A stretch of 64,000 bases of DNA. Source: a virus. Lineage: Duplodnaviria; Caudoviricetes. Location: the IMG/VR virus record IMGVR_UViG_3300037297_000386, one strand, 5' to 3'. Shown in pieces: positions 1-10,782 of the stretch. The translations under genes were made by a program, and so were the position numbers. A model generated the notes under the pieces. The model did no database searches. It was not told where the DNA came from and was given only the letters and a program-made list of their open reading frames with translations. Within the stretch, counting starts at the first letter, position 1; each line of letters opens with the position of its first letter.

Positions 1-1827
1 AATTCTAATACTTGATGAATTTGTTAGTTCATCGGACACCAATAATATTTCTTGTGGAACCCGAGAAAAAGTAACACGTTCCCTAGTTACATCACGTTGT
101 CTTGGGGCATTCCTACCGGAAAAAGAAACAGATGTGTTATTAAAGCGATCTAAAGTATATAACTCACCAGTTGTTTCGTTTAAAATTCTAAAGACATCTG
201 TTACGGGGAAATGGTTAGTTTCAATTTTAAAAGAGTCAATTAATTTATTATTAACCCTTTCATTAAGAACCTCAACATGAGATAATACATTATAATCTGT
301 TCCTTCAGCAAATGTATCTTCATAACTAAATGTTATCTTAGCTTCAATTCCAGAAATATTTCTAGTAGATCTTATTGCTATTTCATCTCTATCACTATTA
401 AATGTATAATCCAAATCTTCGGAAAATATTTCACGATATGTATAGTTAGCAACAGGAGCGTTTTCACCAGTACCAGAATTATGTTCATCTTCACCATATA
501 CATACACTTCACCAGTGTTATGGTTTATTGTATATTCCCCAACTTTTGATGGCAATCTAGTTATATCGTAAGGTAATTCTTTTTTGAAGGCTGGGTGTAC
601 AGTTGTAAATGCAAGCTTCCCATTAGATGACTGTGTGTTGAGAAATTCTACAGAATTTGTGGAAGCTATTTCATCCAATTGTGTAACTATTGGAGCATGG
701 TTAAGCGAAAATTTGTTTATAACTGGAGGCGTAGCTTCACGTACAACATTTTTCATTCGTGTAAATAAAATAGATTCTGTGTCCACATCGCGTCCTAATT
801 TTTTATATATATATGATATATATATTTCATCCCCAGATCTTGGGATTAAAAATCCGCCTTCCGATCCAGTAACTGAGCTTAATGATAGTTCTATTTCATT
901 ATCATCAAAATTTACATTACTAGATGCAGAATTTGTATCATACCTATTGTTTTTCAATGTATACCCAAATCTTTCTATATCATACTCAATATATTCTCCA
1001 TCTCTAAATAGGGAAACCGAAATAACCTGAATAACTGGTAAATTTGATACCTTGATATTGAGTCCATTAAAATGATTTGTAATATCTATATCATCAGTAA
1101 TTTTTTCATTTATAACATCAATAGACTGTAAACTTATGGGATCGGATGTAACGGTCGACACTATTGAGTTTACTATTGTAGAACTCCTAATTTTAAAAGA
1201 TTGAGATCTATTCGCATTAAACTCAATATATGTGATTTTGTTGGACCCAGTAGGCGTTCTAGCAACACGAAGTATTTCAAAGGCGCCACCATTATCTAAT
1301 TTGTCTATTGGACCATCATCTCTTTCTTTTAATTCATCTGTCACTAGAACAGATAAATAATTACCTGAACGTACAGTTTCTATAGAATCTCTTGCTTTTT
1401 GTAATTCGTCAGCAGTAGATGAAATTAAATCTCTAACTAGCGTTGTTTCTCCTGTCTCATACAAAGTAGAAACATCATTAAACATTGCATCTCTAATATC
1501 ATTTTGTTCTTCCCCAGGACTATTAAAAAAGAATGAATTTCTGTTACCATCCTCAGTAATTATTTCTCCATTAACTGTTTGAAAAGGAGTAGTATTGGTA
1601 CTACTAAATGTTATTTTATATTGAACGTTTGGGAACAATGGTCGAAATGTTATTTTTACTATATCATTTTCAACGCTAACAGATTTTATCTCTGGGTTGT
1701 TAATGCTATCAATTCCAGACACAATAGATATATTATTGACACCGATATTTGTGTCTACATCATCGTTAAATAGTATCTGTATACTTGATACCGTCAGTTC
1801 AAGTGTACGCACATAAGCAAAAGCCAT
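1..1827 (-). CDS. Baseplate wedge-type structural protein, runs off the window edge (not in the ORF track)
   Basis: ATG at 1827, one base after the TAA of the upstream gene. Translates MAFAYVRTLELTVSSIQILFNDDVDTNIGV..., and the same frame is open at both ends checked (last codons ...LTNSSSIRI at base 1). Lies directly downstream of the J-like gene, where wedge genes usually sit. Confidence 0.7.
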   Translation of the reverse strand, partial: MAFAYVRTLELTVSSIQILFNDDVDTNIGVNNISIVSGIDSINNPEIKSVSVENDIVKITFRPLFPNVQYKITFSSTNTTPFQTVNGEIITEDGNRNSFFFNSPGEEQNDIRDAMFNDVSTLYETGETTLVRDLISSTADELQKARDSIETVRSGNYLSVLVTDELKERDDGPIDKLDNGGAFEILRVARTPTGSNKITYIEFNANRSQSFKIRSSTIVNSIVSTVTSDPISLQSIDVINEKITDDIDITNHFNGLNIKVSNLPVIQVISVSLFRDGEYIEYDIERFGYTLKNNRYDTNSASSNVNFDDNEIELSLSSVTGSEGGFLIPRSGDEIYISYIYKKLGRDVDTESILFTRMKNVVREATPPVINKFSLNHAPIVTQLDEIASTNSVEFLNTQSSNGKLAFTTVHPAFKKELPYDITRLPSKVGEYTINHNTGEVYVYGEDEHNSGTGENAPVANYTYREIFSEDLDYTFNSDRDEIAIRSTRNISGIEAKITFSYEDTFAEGTDYNVLSHVEVLNERVNNKLIDSFKIETNHFPVTDVFRILNETTGELYTLDRFNNTSVSFSGRNAPRQRDVTRERVTFSRVPQEILLVSDELTNSSSIRI

Positions 1828-1828
1828 A

Positions 1829-4800
1829 TTATCGTTCCTCTACCTCTATAGTAACTGTTCCAGCATCTAAATACTGATTTTTTTCTGCAGTAACACTTAA
1901 CAAATTTCCACTGTTTCCGACACTAAAATTAATAATTCTTACGCGATCAATTCCATTAACTGAATACAATTTATTAATAACATCAGACGCATCCACTGTT
2001 GTTCCAAGACTACTAGCTGTCAGAAAACTTGTTACAGCTTCTATAGCATCTTGTACCACTGTTAATGACTGAGTTTGGTATTCTGATAATAACACAATTT
2101 TTGAATATACATTAATAATAACCGGCTCAGCAATTTTCACTAAGACGTCAGCAGTAATAGGCCTGACATTTTCAATAGCATTGGTAGCATCATTTGCCAA
2201 GGTATTATGATTAAATGTAACTGTTATACGTTCATTTTCCTTAGGTGCGGTATAATCATAGCTTACATTATATACTGTATTATTAACAGGTTGATTAAAA
2301 TTTGACACAGTTATATTTCCAGATATACTGCCAGAAGAATCTTTGAATCCTGATGCAAGTGATACTCTGCTTATATCTATAAAATATTTATCAGTAATAT
2401 GTGTTCCATCTTTTGAAAAATATAATTGTTCATAATTATTAGTATAAATATAATAGAATGTTGCTCGAACAATATCTCCAGTATTCAATCTAGCTTCAAC
2501 ATTTTCGGATGTTTGTGGTAAGACTACTTTCGTCTTACTGATAGATGAATTTTCTAGTGACACATCTAAATCATACGAATTATTTTTAAGATAATAATTT
2601 ACTATATCATAATTATTATCTATATAATCTACTTGGCCAGAATTATCTAGTAGTACTCTTTCTAGACTAACTAACTTCATAATCTGAATATTTGACGATA
2701 TTGAGGTTGTATTTAGATCTGTCTTAATTGCTGACTGCAAATCTATTTCGTATCCGGATCCAGATGTTACAACTACTAATGCGTCCGTTACTTTATGTAC
2801 AGTTGTACCTGATATAGTTATTATTCCTTCTGACGGAATTGATGAAACAGCCACTTTAATGTTGGATCCGGCTCGGCGTAGATTGCTAGTGAAATTATTA
2901 TCATCATCAATTAAATTGGATGTTGGCTGTTCCCCACTCACTTCTCCGGCTACTAGAAATTTATTATTATTTTTAGTGAACGGTAAATTACTTAATTCAT
3001 CTTCTGGAACTAGAGTTAATACATTTGCTATGTAATTAACCAAAACACTGGTGCCGAACGATGTCACATTTTCTGGTAATATTATCGTTGTACCAGTAAA
3101 TGTACCTTCATTATACCCATCTGGAGCAAACATGTCAGATGCATTGAATCTAACCTTTACTGTATCACCATCTTCTGCAATTGAATCGGTTGGCAACACA
3201 ATGGCTGATGTGCCAGATAATGTTCCACCTCTAGCATCTGTATTAAACAATTCTGCATTATCTGATATTCGTCTTATGTCGACAACATTTGTTACTGTAT
3301 CATTTGTAGTTACCGTACCATTACTAATATTAGTAATACTAGTATCGAATGAATTTACTGATAATACTTTGAATATTGGGTGTGTAACTGTAATAGCCAA
3401 ATTACCATAGCCATCATCTACAACGGTTGACGGCTCGTTCTTTACTAAATTACCAAAGCCCCAATCAACAGAATCTTGAACCCGGCGAGACTCATTATAG
3501 TTACCTAGGCTATCGAAATCAAACACATTATCAAAGTTTTTAACCCATGTATAATCTACTTGCAATATATCAGTACCAACTGGAAGTGTACTACCGCTGA
3601 TCATAATTTTCCCAGTAGTGTTTAAACCACCTTCTTCACCATCCGGGTTTTGATATTCAACAATATATCTTTCTCCAGTTGTAAGATTTACTATCCTACT
3701 AACATTTCTGATTGGAGTATGACGTAATGTAACATAACTTCTATTAGATGTACTTGTAATAGAATTTTCATTAGTAACTAAATAATCCTGAGTTATGTCC
3801 CTAATTTCACCTACATCCGAAAAATTTAATGAATCTATTCCATTGAAAACACCTTTTGTAACGTTTTCATTATCTAATTCAATATAATCTGATACCCAAT
3901 GTAATTTATCAAAACCAAACGGACTACCACTAAAATTTCCCGTGTCCGTTACAAGTTCATAATTACCATGTTCGCGGCCTTGTTCATCAGTATACTTTTC
4001 TACAAAATTAGCACCCGAAGAACTGCCACTAACGCTAATTATATTATCAATTGGTTGATATGGTAAATCATTAGAAGAAATTAAAGTAACCCGGCGTTGG
4101 GCAGCATTCAGTGTTGTATCTTGCCCTTTTTGTCCTAATATGTAATCATTGGATGGATCGGTTGGATCATTTTTACCACTTTGATCATTAAATATAAATG
4201 AATCTATCTGACTTTCTAAATTACTACCGAGAATATATATATCTACTTTCCCACCACTACCAGGGTCAGATACAACCAAATTCCCATCACTATTTGTTGA
4301 AACTTGTGTGCCATCCCGAATTAATAATGGATCCCCAGGAACTACTATTTCTGAATCTAATATACCAGGAACAATACCAACAGCATTTGTATAACCGAGA
4401 GATGTTCCGGTATTACTGCCAGCAAAAATACTAAGAATACGGGATCTAAATTCATCATCACTCTCAGAATTACTACCTCCACTGAACGAATTTAGATTAG
4501 TTACATTTGAGATAGAATCTATATTATGTGATGTGATAGAGAATCTACCAATATTTCCAGAAGTACCTGCAGTTAGTGATTGAACAGTAATTTCTACAGC
4601 AAATTCATCTGTAATACCAGCAAGTTCAAGATCGGCGCGTAAACGGGTAGCTGTAGCTCTATACACATTAGCATTAGTTGCAGTCATAATTACGTTTTCC
4701 TGGGTAGCAAAATTAACGCCATTACGTGCAGTAACTATAGATCCGCTGGAAATTAGTATATCTACATCCATATTGTTTGTAGTAAATACCACAGTCCCAC

Positions 4801-5059
4801 TAGCGCTACCGCCACTAATGCGAGAGACACTATAGTTAGATGCCAATTTGTTTAGATCTGTCCCAGATATAGAAAATATTGATGATAAATTTGATATAGT
4901 TCTAAGTTGTGAATATAAATTAGCGATTTGTTGGGATGGTGTGTCCACAAAAACATCACGCGATACCGTTCCAGGTTTTGTATCTAGCTCAGGTTGTACA
5001 AGTCGCAAATATTCTATAGCTGATATAACCAAATCGTTAAAAGATTTAAAAATAGCCAT
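1829..5059 (-). CDS. Baseplate J / T4 gp6-like wedge protein with large inserted domains (1076 aa)
   Basis: J-like N-terminus (ELDTKPGTV.RD; ASGTVVF; TAGTSGN; FSGGSNSESDDEFRSR) and C-terminus (LGTTVDASDVINKLYSVNGIDRV). Follows the gp25-like gene. Confidence 0.85.
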   Translation of the reverse strand: MAIFKSFNDLVISAIEYLRLVQPELDTKPGTVSRDVFVDTPSQQIANLYSQLRTISNLSSIFSISGTDLNKLASNYSVSRISGGSASGTVVFTTNNMDVDILISSGSIVTARNGVNFATQENVIMTATNANVYRATATRLRADLELAGITDEFAVEITVQSLTAGTSGNIGRFSITSHNIDSISNVTNLNSFSGGSNSESDDEFRSRILSIFAGSNTGTSLGYTNAVGIVPGILDSEIVVPGDPLLIRDGTQVSTNSDGNLVVSDPGSGGKVDIYILGSNLESQIDSFIFNDQSGKNDPTDPSNDYILGQKGQDTTLNAAQRRVTLISSNDLPYQPIDNIISVSGSSSGANFVEKYTDEQGREHGNYELVTDTGNFSGSPFGFDKLHWVSDYIELDNENVTKGVFNGIDSLNFSDVGEIRDITQDYLVTNENSITSTSNRSYVTLRHTPIRNVSRIVNLTTGERYIVEYQNPDGEEGGLNTTGKIMISGSTLPVGTDILQVDYTWVKNFDNVFDFDSLGNYNESRRVQDSVDWGFGNLVKNEPSTVVDDGYGNLAITVTHPIFKVLSVNSFDTSITNISNGTVTTNDTVTNVVDIRRISDNAELFNTDARGGTLSGTSAIVLPTDSIAEDGDTVKVRFNASDMFAPDGYNEGTFTGTTIILPENVTSFGTSVLVNYIANVLTLVPEDELSNLPFTKNNNKFLVAGEVSGEQPTSNLIDDDNNFTSNLRRAGSNIKVAVSSIPSEGIITISGTTVHKVTDALVVVTSGSGYEIDLQSAIKTDLNTTSISSNIQIMKLVSLERVLLDNSGQVDYIDNNYDIVNYYLKNNSYDLDVSLENSSISKTKVVLPQTSENVEARLNTGDIVRATFYYIYTNNYEQLYFSKDGTHITDKYFIDISRVSLASGFKDSSGSISGNITVSNFNQPVNNTVYNVSYDYTAPKENERITVTFNHNTLANDATNAIENVRPITADVLVKIAEPVIINVYSKIVLLSEYQTQSLTVVQDAIEAVTSFLTASSLGTTVDASDVINKLYSVNGIDRVRIINFSVGNSGNLLSVTAEKNQYLDAGTVTIEVEER

Positions 5060-5072
5060 TGCGTGTCTCCAA

Positions 5073-5501
5073 TTATAATTCTAATGAAAATATTTCTTCT
5101 ATTTTTGTTAATCGTCTGGAATATACCTCAACCCTTATCTTTATCTGTCGTGGATCGCTTGGATCTCGATATACATCAATATTTCCTATACTATTTATAA
5201 GTTCAGCCAAACTAACCTTTTGAGTTGTTTGTTGTTGCTGTTGTAATTTTTTTAATTTATCTAAACTCTGAAATATACTAGTGCGTATATCATTTAAAAT
5301 TATATTATCTGGCAAATTTTTACCTATTATATTGTCTGATAATACGCATCCATACCATGGATGAAATCTGTTTGACCCAAGTAATGTTATTAATATCTTT
5401 AAAATATCTTGTCTGAGCTTATCTGTGTCTTGAACAGTTTTTATACTACCATCGGATATAATTTTCAAATCACCATTAATAAGTGCCAAATCGAATGACA
5501 T
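5073..5501 (-). CDS. Baseplate wedge subunit, gp25/GPW-like
   Basis: 142 aa with DL...GDL, KLRQDILKILIT.LGS..FHPWYG and a terminal DPRQIKIRVEV strand. Directly upstream of the J-like gene. Confidence 0.85.
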   Translation of the reverse strand: MSFDLALINGDLKIISDGSIKTVQDTDKLRQDILKILITLLGSNRFHPWYGCVLSDNIIGKNLPDNIILNDIRTSIFQSLDKLKKLQQQQQTTQKVSLAELINSIGNIDVYRDPSDPRQIKIRVEVYSRRLTKIEEIFSLEL

Positions 5502-6824
5502 TTATTGTTCTCCTTCTGAATATCTATTACGTACTTTGTCTTCATGTTTAATAGTTTTTATGTATCCAGATAATTCATCAAATATTTTAGTAATTTCAGT
5601 TTGTAATTTATTAATTGACTCACTTAAGCCTTTAGCATTTGTTACAGCAGGAAGATTTTGTCCTTTTATATCTTTCAATCTGTCTTGCGATTTTTTATTC
5701 AACAAACCCGTCAAATATGTTGAGTCTAATTCAAAAAGTGCAATTATTGTAACTAATATATCAATTCCAGAGATTCCACTAAATGTTCCGAACATAAGAT
5801 CCATAGATCTAAATATTTCTTTAATTTCCAAGTGAACCTTATCTTGCTGAATATTAAGATTGCGTCTCTGTTTCTTGGTCCTATTTTGGGGAACTAACAT
5901 TTCAAGGAATAAATCAACCAAACCTTCCCCTTGTAAATTACGAGTATCAAGGTTTATATTGTCGTCGAACTGAAATAAAGATAAAACAGAATTTTGAAAA
6001 CTTTCTTTTATTGTTTGTTGATTTATTCTGTAATCTAATAGTCCAATTTGTTCATCAATACTTTGCATACTTAGGTTTTGCTGCGCAATATTAGGAACGT
6101 TAGGAATAACAACTTTTCCACTTAATCCTCTTAAATAATTTATCTTTTGAACAGTTCTTTCAAATGTATGAGAGACAGTATACAAGGTTTTGCGCAACCT
6201 TATCGATGCATTATTGCTTAGGTCTCCTAATGCAATATTTTGAAAAGCAGCACTTGTGTTGACCTGTTTAGAACTATCAATAGAATTTTCCCCTTTCAAT
6301 TTAAAATATAATATTGATTCTATGAATGGTTTTTTATATTTTATCATCTCATGCTTTAAATCTCTATTCGACATAAAAGCTCCGCCAACTCGTCTACTCT
6401 GTGGAAATATATTTATTCTACCATCCACAATCATAGGAAATAATACTCCACGATATCTATAATTGCTTTCATTTTTTGATAAACTAGATTTAATATTTTG
6501 TCTATTTAAATCTAAAAAGTTATTAATTTCTTCATTTGTCGCCTTTCTATCGAATAATCCGATACGTTCATCTAAATCAGCCTTATATGAAATAAAATTC
6601 AAATTATTGATATTTCCATTGTTAAATTCATCTGTTTTTCCATCAATCCAATCTCGTTCATTTTCTGGAATGACAGTCGGAAGGCCAAGAGCCCTATAAA
6701 AAGCATTAATTCTAGATTCATTTGGTTTAGTACCTGACTTACCAAATGACCTTAACGAATCTATATAACGAATAGCTCGAACAGAAAAGTTTTCAAAGTT
6801 GAAATCATTATTTTGATTAGACAT
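5502..6824 (-). CDS. Hypothetical baseplate-region protein (440 aa)
   Basis: Long ORF translationally coupled (TAATG) to the upstream gene, between the spike module and gp25. Confidence 0.65.
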   Translation of the reverse strand: MSNQNNDFNFENFSVRAIRYIDSLRSFGKSGTKPNESRINAFYRALGLPTVIPENERDWIDGKTDEFNNGNINNLNFISYKADLDERIGLFDRKATNEEINNFLDLNRQNIKSSLSKNESNYRYRGVLFPMIVDGRINIFPQSRRVGGAFMSNRDLKHEMIKYKKPFIESILYFKLKGENSIDSSKQVNTSAAFQNIALGDLSNNASIRLRKTLYTVSHTFERTVQKINYLRGLSGKVVIPNVPNIAQQNLSMQSIDEQIGLLDYRINQQTIKESFQNSVLSLFQFDDNINLDTRNLQGEGLVDLFLEMLVPQNRTKKQRRNLNIQQDKVHLEIKEIFRSMDLMFGTFSGISGIDILVTIIALFELDSTYLTGLLNKKSQDRLKDIKGQNLPAVTNAKGLSESINKLQTEITKIFDELSGYIKTIKHEDKVRNRYSEGEQ

Positions 6825-8785
6825 TATCTATTTCCAGGCTCCCTCTCATTAATTATGCCAGAGCTCACTTTCCTGTTATGAGATGGTCTAGATATAGTAC
6901 GTCGTTTAGGCATTATAGCATCAGCAACAAACTTGACGCGTTCAGTCTTAATCGATTCATTTTCACCGTCAAAATTAGTTATAAAATCCGTGTTTACTTT
7001 AGCTGTTATATTGGCTATTCCAGGGAATGGAGATATTAATTCAGCAGTTATCATACCGGTATTGTTATCTCTATACTGGTTTTGTAAAGTACCAAAATCA
7101 GTAAATATTTCAACGCTTATATCTGAACCAGTAGGTAAATTCTGAGCGACAGCAACGCCACCCGCTTCTCTTGGTACTATTTGTATAAGCGCTTTATCAA
7201 TACCACCAGCTTTTACTATATGTTTATCAACCTCAAATGTACTTGTTATTTTATCGGTAATCCTAGATAATAATATGTTTAATCTATCGGTCATCTTTCC
7301 CACAACAGCAAATAATAAATTCACCATTTCATCTCCTAATTCTTCAATGATTGGTATATCATCTAATGATGGGTCTTCGACCAATGATTGTACTCTTTTT
7401 AAATTATTATTTAATTTATCTGACATATCTGTATATATTTCAGGAATATCTCCAAGCTCAGGGTATTTCGACAATCCAGATATCTCTAAATTATCGAATC
7501 GCTGTTGTATATTGTTTTTCACGCGCAATACGTCTGGATGACAACCAACAGCAATAATATTTCTGCCAACTAATTGTTCATAATTTGGTTCAATACAATA
7601 ATCCACTATGCCACGATAAGATGTTAAATTTACATTATTTACTAATACTTTTCCTTTACTTGTAATAGATGCTATTGGTACGACAATACTGCCAATTGGT
7701 TCTGTTGGTGTTGTCGATGTTACACAATATTTTTGTCCACGTCTACCAAGAATTCTTAATCTAAAATGAGCAGCGTCATATTTTGATCCTACTGGTACAG
7801 CCTCATCTATTGGCTCATCTAATTGTGGATTAAGCTGAGATTTTAAATCTTGTAAATAGGGTCTAAGTTTTTTTATATTACTATGCCCAGTTATTGGAAC
7901 TAATTGCCAGCACCACAATGGTGGTGCATCACCAAAAAAGGTAGGTGTTAGCACGGCTCTACCACTCGGTGGATTTGCGATTTCTGGTGGACATTGTGAA
8001 TTATTACAACACGAAGTATCTTCAATAGTTTGGTCAAAAGATGGTGTTCCTTGTGTCATTACGGGTAATTTCTTACTAGATGTTTTCCCACTCCCACACG
8101 GAAATCCAGATACTAATCCTAAAATTAAAAATACTAGGTCAAGCAATGGTTTTGCTACAGATAGAATACCTATCCTATTCAAGAAATCAATTAACAAAGC
8201 GGCAAGTTTTTGTTTACCAGCATTAGCTTTAGCTTCATTACCAGAAGAAAATGCCTCTACAACCATTCTTATATTTTTGATTACTAACTGGATTGTTGGT
8301 ACTATTTCAGTCAATATAAAATACACCATAGCCAATATTAATTTAATTGTACTAGCAATAATTACTGCTCCAGCAATTGGCGGAAACAATGAAATGAATG
8401 GTGGTATCCATTTGGTGAATAGCCTAATAACGGCCGGAATTACACAAAATGGATTCATCAAGCAACACAAAATCTCTATTATACCTCGTATCACCCCAAG
8501 AATTGGCAATAATAATCCATAGGCCGAAATAACTGGTCCTAAAGATGTCAACAAACTACTTATTACCCATCCCATAGTAGGCGTAGATGCTGGATTTGAC
8601 ATACTACGAATTGTAGTTCCGCCAGGACAATTATACTGTGTTAATGATTCATCACTTTTGGCTACTCCATCTGTCGGTTGAGCAGACGAATCGTAGGGAG
8701 CATTAAAGTTAGGACCAGCCATATTTAAAATGGTTGCTATTATTTGTAATGCTGTTGGATCATCGATAAAATGAAAATCTCCCAT
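6824..8785 (-). CDS. Baseplate-region protein with long hydrophobic helical N-terminus and C-terminal Ig-like domain
   Basis: ATG at 8785 with AAGGAG 7 nt upstream (the track start at TTG 8791 is too close to the SD). Residues ~75-230 are strongly hydrophobic. C-terminal TDFGTL...TAELIS..PGIANITAKVN resembles invasin-type Ig domains. Confidence 0.65.
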   Translation of the reverse strand: MGDFHFIDDPTALQIIATILNMAGPNFNAPYDSSAQPTDGVAKSDESLTQYNCPGGTTIRSMSNPASTPTMGWVISSLLTSLGPVISAYGLLLPILGVIRGIIEILCCLMNPFCVIPAVIRLFTKWIPPFISLFPPIAGAVIIASTIKLILAMVYFILTEIVPTIQLVIKNIRMVVEAFSSGNEAKANAGKQKLAALLIDFLNRIGILSVAKPLLDLVFLILGLVSGFPCGSGKTSSKKLPVMTQGTPSFDQTIEDTSCCNNSQCPPEIANPPSGRAVLTPTFFGDAPPLWCWQLVPITGHSNIKKLRPYLQDLKSQLNPQLDEPIDEAVPVGSKYDAAHFRLRILGRRGQKYCVTSTTPTEPIGSIVVPIASITSKGKVLVNNVNLTSYRGIVDYCIEPNYEQLVGRNIIAVGCHPDVLRVKNNIQQRFDNLEISGLSKYPELGDIPEIYTDMSDKLNNNLKRVQSLVEDPSLDDIPIIEELGDEMVNLLFAVVGKMTDRLNILLSRITDKITSTFEVDKHIVKAGGIDKALIQIVPREAGGVAVAQNLPTGSDISVEIFTDFGTLQNQYRDNNTGMITAELISPFPGIANITAKVNTDFITNFDGENESIKTERVKFVADAIMPKRRTISRPSHNRKVSSGIINEREPGNR

Positions 8786-8796
8786 ATACAATCTCC

Positions 8797-10770
8797 TTAC
8801 ATGTGATCAGGTATTCCATTACGCAATACCATTCGTTCAAATCCTGTTGCAGAACGTGTTCCATCAACGGATGAATCAAAAGATCCATAATTCCAAATTA
8901 ATTCTCCTGCTAATGTTAATAATCCGCCGGCCCCAAGAGTCAAGTTTCCGCTAGACGATAATAACATATTCCCTTGAACATCTATAGTCATACCATCTTC
9001 ATCAATAATTATTTTTTGGCTTGGTTTGTTTTTCCCAGTGTTCAAATGTATTTCAAGTCTACCAGGATTATTGTTGTTACCAATTTGCATAAGAACGTCC
9101 CCATCCGATTGATGTATGAGGCTCCTTCCTCTATTATCAGTGCCATAACAAGATATTACTGCCCCTTCCAAGTCTAATACAAGAGATTTTTTGTCTGCCG
9201 AATCTGATCCTATAGATATTTCGGCACTACCATCTAAATTAGTGTGCAAACTTTTTCCGCCCGCATTGGCCTGATTAGATCCAATTTTATTATTTATAGA
9301 TGATGTCATACGATCTCCAGAACTTTTCCATTTTCCTTCGGAAAATATCAATGAAGCAATTGTCATTAAATCATGATAAGCTGTCCCAGCAGTAGTAATA
9401 TTACTATCGTTTATTGTAGTTGGTGAATATTCTGAATTTAAAATTTGTTGTGTTTTTTGTCCAAACGGAATAGCACGAATATCAATAAAATCTTCGTCTT
9501 TAAAACTTCCGCTATTCCGATCCGATTCTATGGCATTCCCATCTTTATCGGACGAAACAGAGTTTAAATATCTAGCTAACAAAGGTATATTTCCGGTATT
9601 AGAAGAGGCCGGGATATTAATTTTTGTCAAACCTTCACCATCAACATCAATACTCCAGCGACTGTGTTCTCGCCCATATTCTGAGATATTATCTATAGTT
9701 CTAGGTGGTTCATTGCCATCTATTTCTTTTCTTGAATTAATTTCAAAATGATATTTTATAGATCTTCGCATATATCTATATAAATTTTGCAATGATTTTG
9801 TTGTACCATTTTTTGTATCAAGTGTATTAACATCAGGTATATTAATGATATTACGATTAATATCCAATACATTACCATAAATATCTACTACAGTACCAAG
9901 TACATGCTCTGCAAGATGGTTATAATTGAACATGTTAAGGTTTAACACGTCTGTTCTTCGATTAGATCTGTCACCATTAACAACTACTAGATTTTCTGTA
10001 CCATCGGTATTCTCCATTGTAATCATGGCCTTAGCTTCCGATGTAATATTTCTAACACCAAAACTATTGGCATATTCATATATTATGCTACGTTTTTCTA
10101 CAAGAGCAGGATTACGTATAAAATCTCTAATTATTGTTGTAGTTCGATTCTGCACTTCATCTGTCGGGGATCGACCTATAGGACTTAACAAATCATCATA
10201 CAGATCGCCAGATAAAAAATTTAATATACTAGTGTCAAACTCATATTCTGTCTTATTTTTATCTCTTTTTATTATTCCATCAATTGATCTACCAGCTTCT
10301 GTAAATTCATATTTATTATTGGACCTTGAAAACAATGCCTTAGCTGAAGTAGATAATTCTAAATCACCTTCATCATCTCCAGATCTAGCATCTAAGATAA
10401 TATTACCATACGATGGTAAATCTATAAAAGATCCGGAACGACTAGAACGAATCATTAATTCGCCTTCTTCTAATTCAGGAATAGGTTGTTGATAAAATGG
10501 AACATCTTGGACGCCGTCCATATTGTAATAAGTAGTTCGCCATGGCAAATAAGATACAATAAACTTTTCTTCGCTTGGACCAGTTCCTATTAACACTAAA
10601 GTTCCAATTTCAATACCTTGTAGAAAACCCCCACCATTACTGATATATGGGTAGGATATTGGACATCGTATTGTTTTCTCTCCAGTATTACCGAGATAAT
10701 CACATTGTACAAATGTACGTGTAACACTACGAACCATTGCCACACGTAAGCTTAATATAGGAACTCCCAT
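8797..10770 (-). CDS. Baseplate central spike, gp5/gpV/VgrG-like
   Basis: N-terminal OB-fold-like segment (GGGFLQGIEIGTLVLIG) and C-terminal short beta repeats (KIIIDEDGMTIDVQGNMLLSSSGNLTLGAGG). Follows the hub gene. ATG at 10770 with a GGAG SD. Confidence 0.65.
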   Translation of the reverse strand: MGVPILSLRVAMVRSVTRTFVQCDYLGNTGEKTIRCPISYPYISNGGGFLQGIEIGTLVLIGTGPSEEKFIVSYLPWRTTYYNMDGVQDVPFYQQPIPELEEGELMIRSSRSGSFIDLPSYGNIILDARSGDDEGDLELSTSAKALFSRSNNKYEFTEAGRSIDGIIKRDKNKTEYEFDTSILNFLSGDLYDDLLSPIGRSPTDEVQNRTTTIIRDFIRNPALVEKRSIIYEYANSFGVRNITSEAKAMITMENTDGTENLVVVNGDRSNRRTDVLNLNMFNYNHLAEHVLGTVVDIYGNVLDINRNIINIPDVNTLDTKNGTTKSLQNLYRYMRRSIKYHFEINSRKEIDGNEPPRTIDNISEYGREHSRWSIDVDGEGLTKINIPASSNTGNIPLLARYLNSVSSDKDGNAIESDRNSGSFKDEDFIDIRAIPFGQKTQQILNSEYSPTTINDSNITTAGTAYHDLMTIASLIFSEGKWKSSGDRMTSSINNKIGSNQANAGGKSLHTNLDGSAEISIGSDSADKKSLVLDLEGAVISCYGTDNRGRSLIHQSDGDVLMQIGNNNNPGRLEIHLNTGKNKPSQKIIIDEDGMTIDVQGNMLLSSSGNLTLGAGGLLTLAGELIWNYGSFDSSVDGTRSATGFERMVLRNGIPDHM

Positions 10771-10782
10771 AAATATCTCCAA

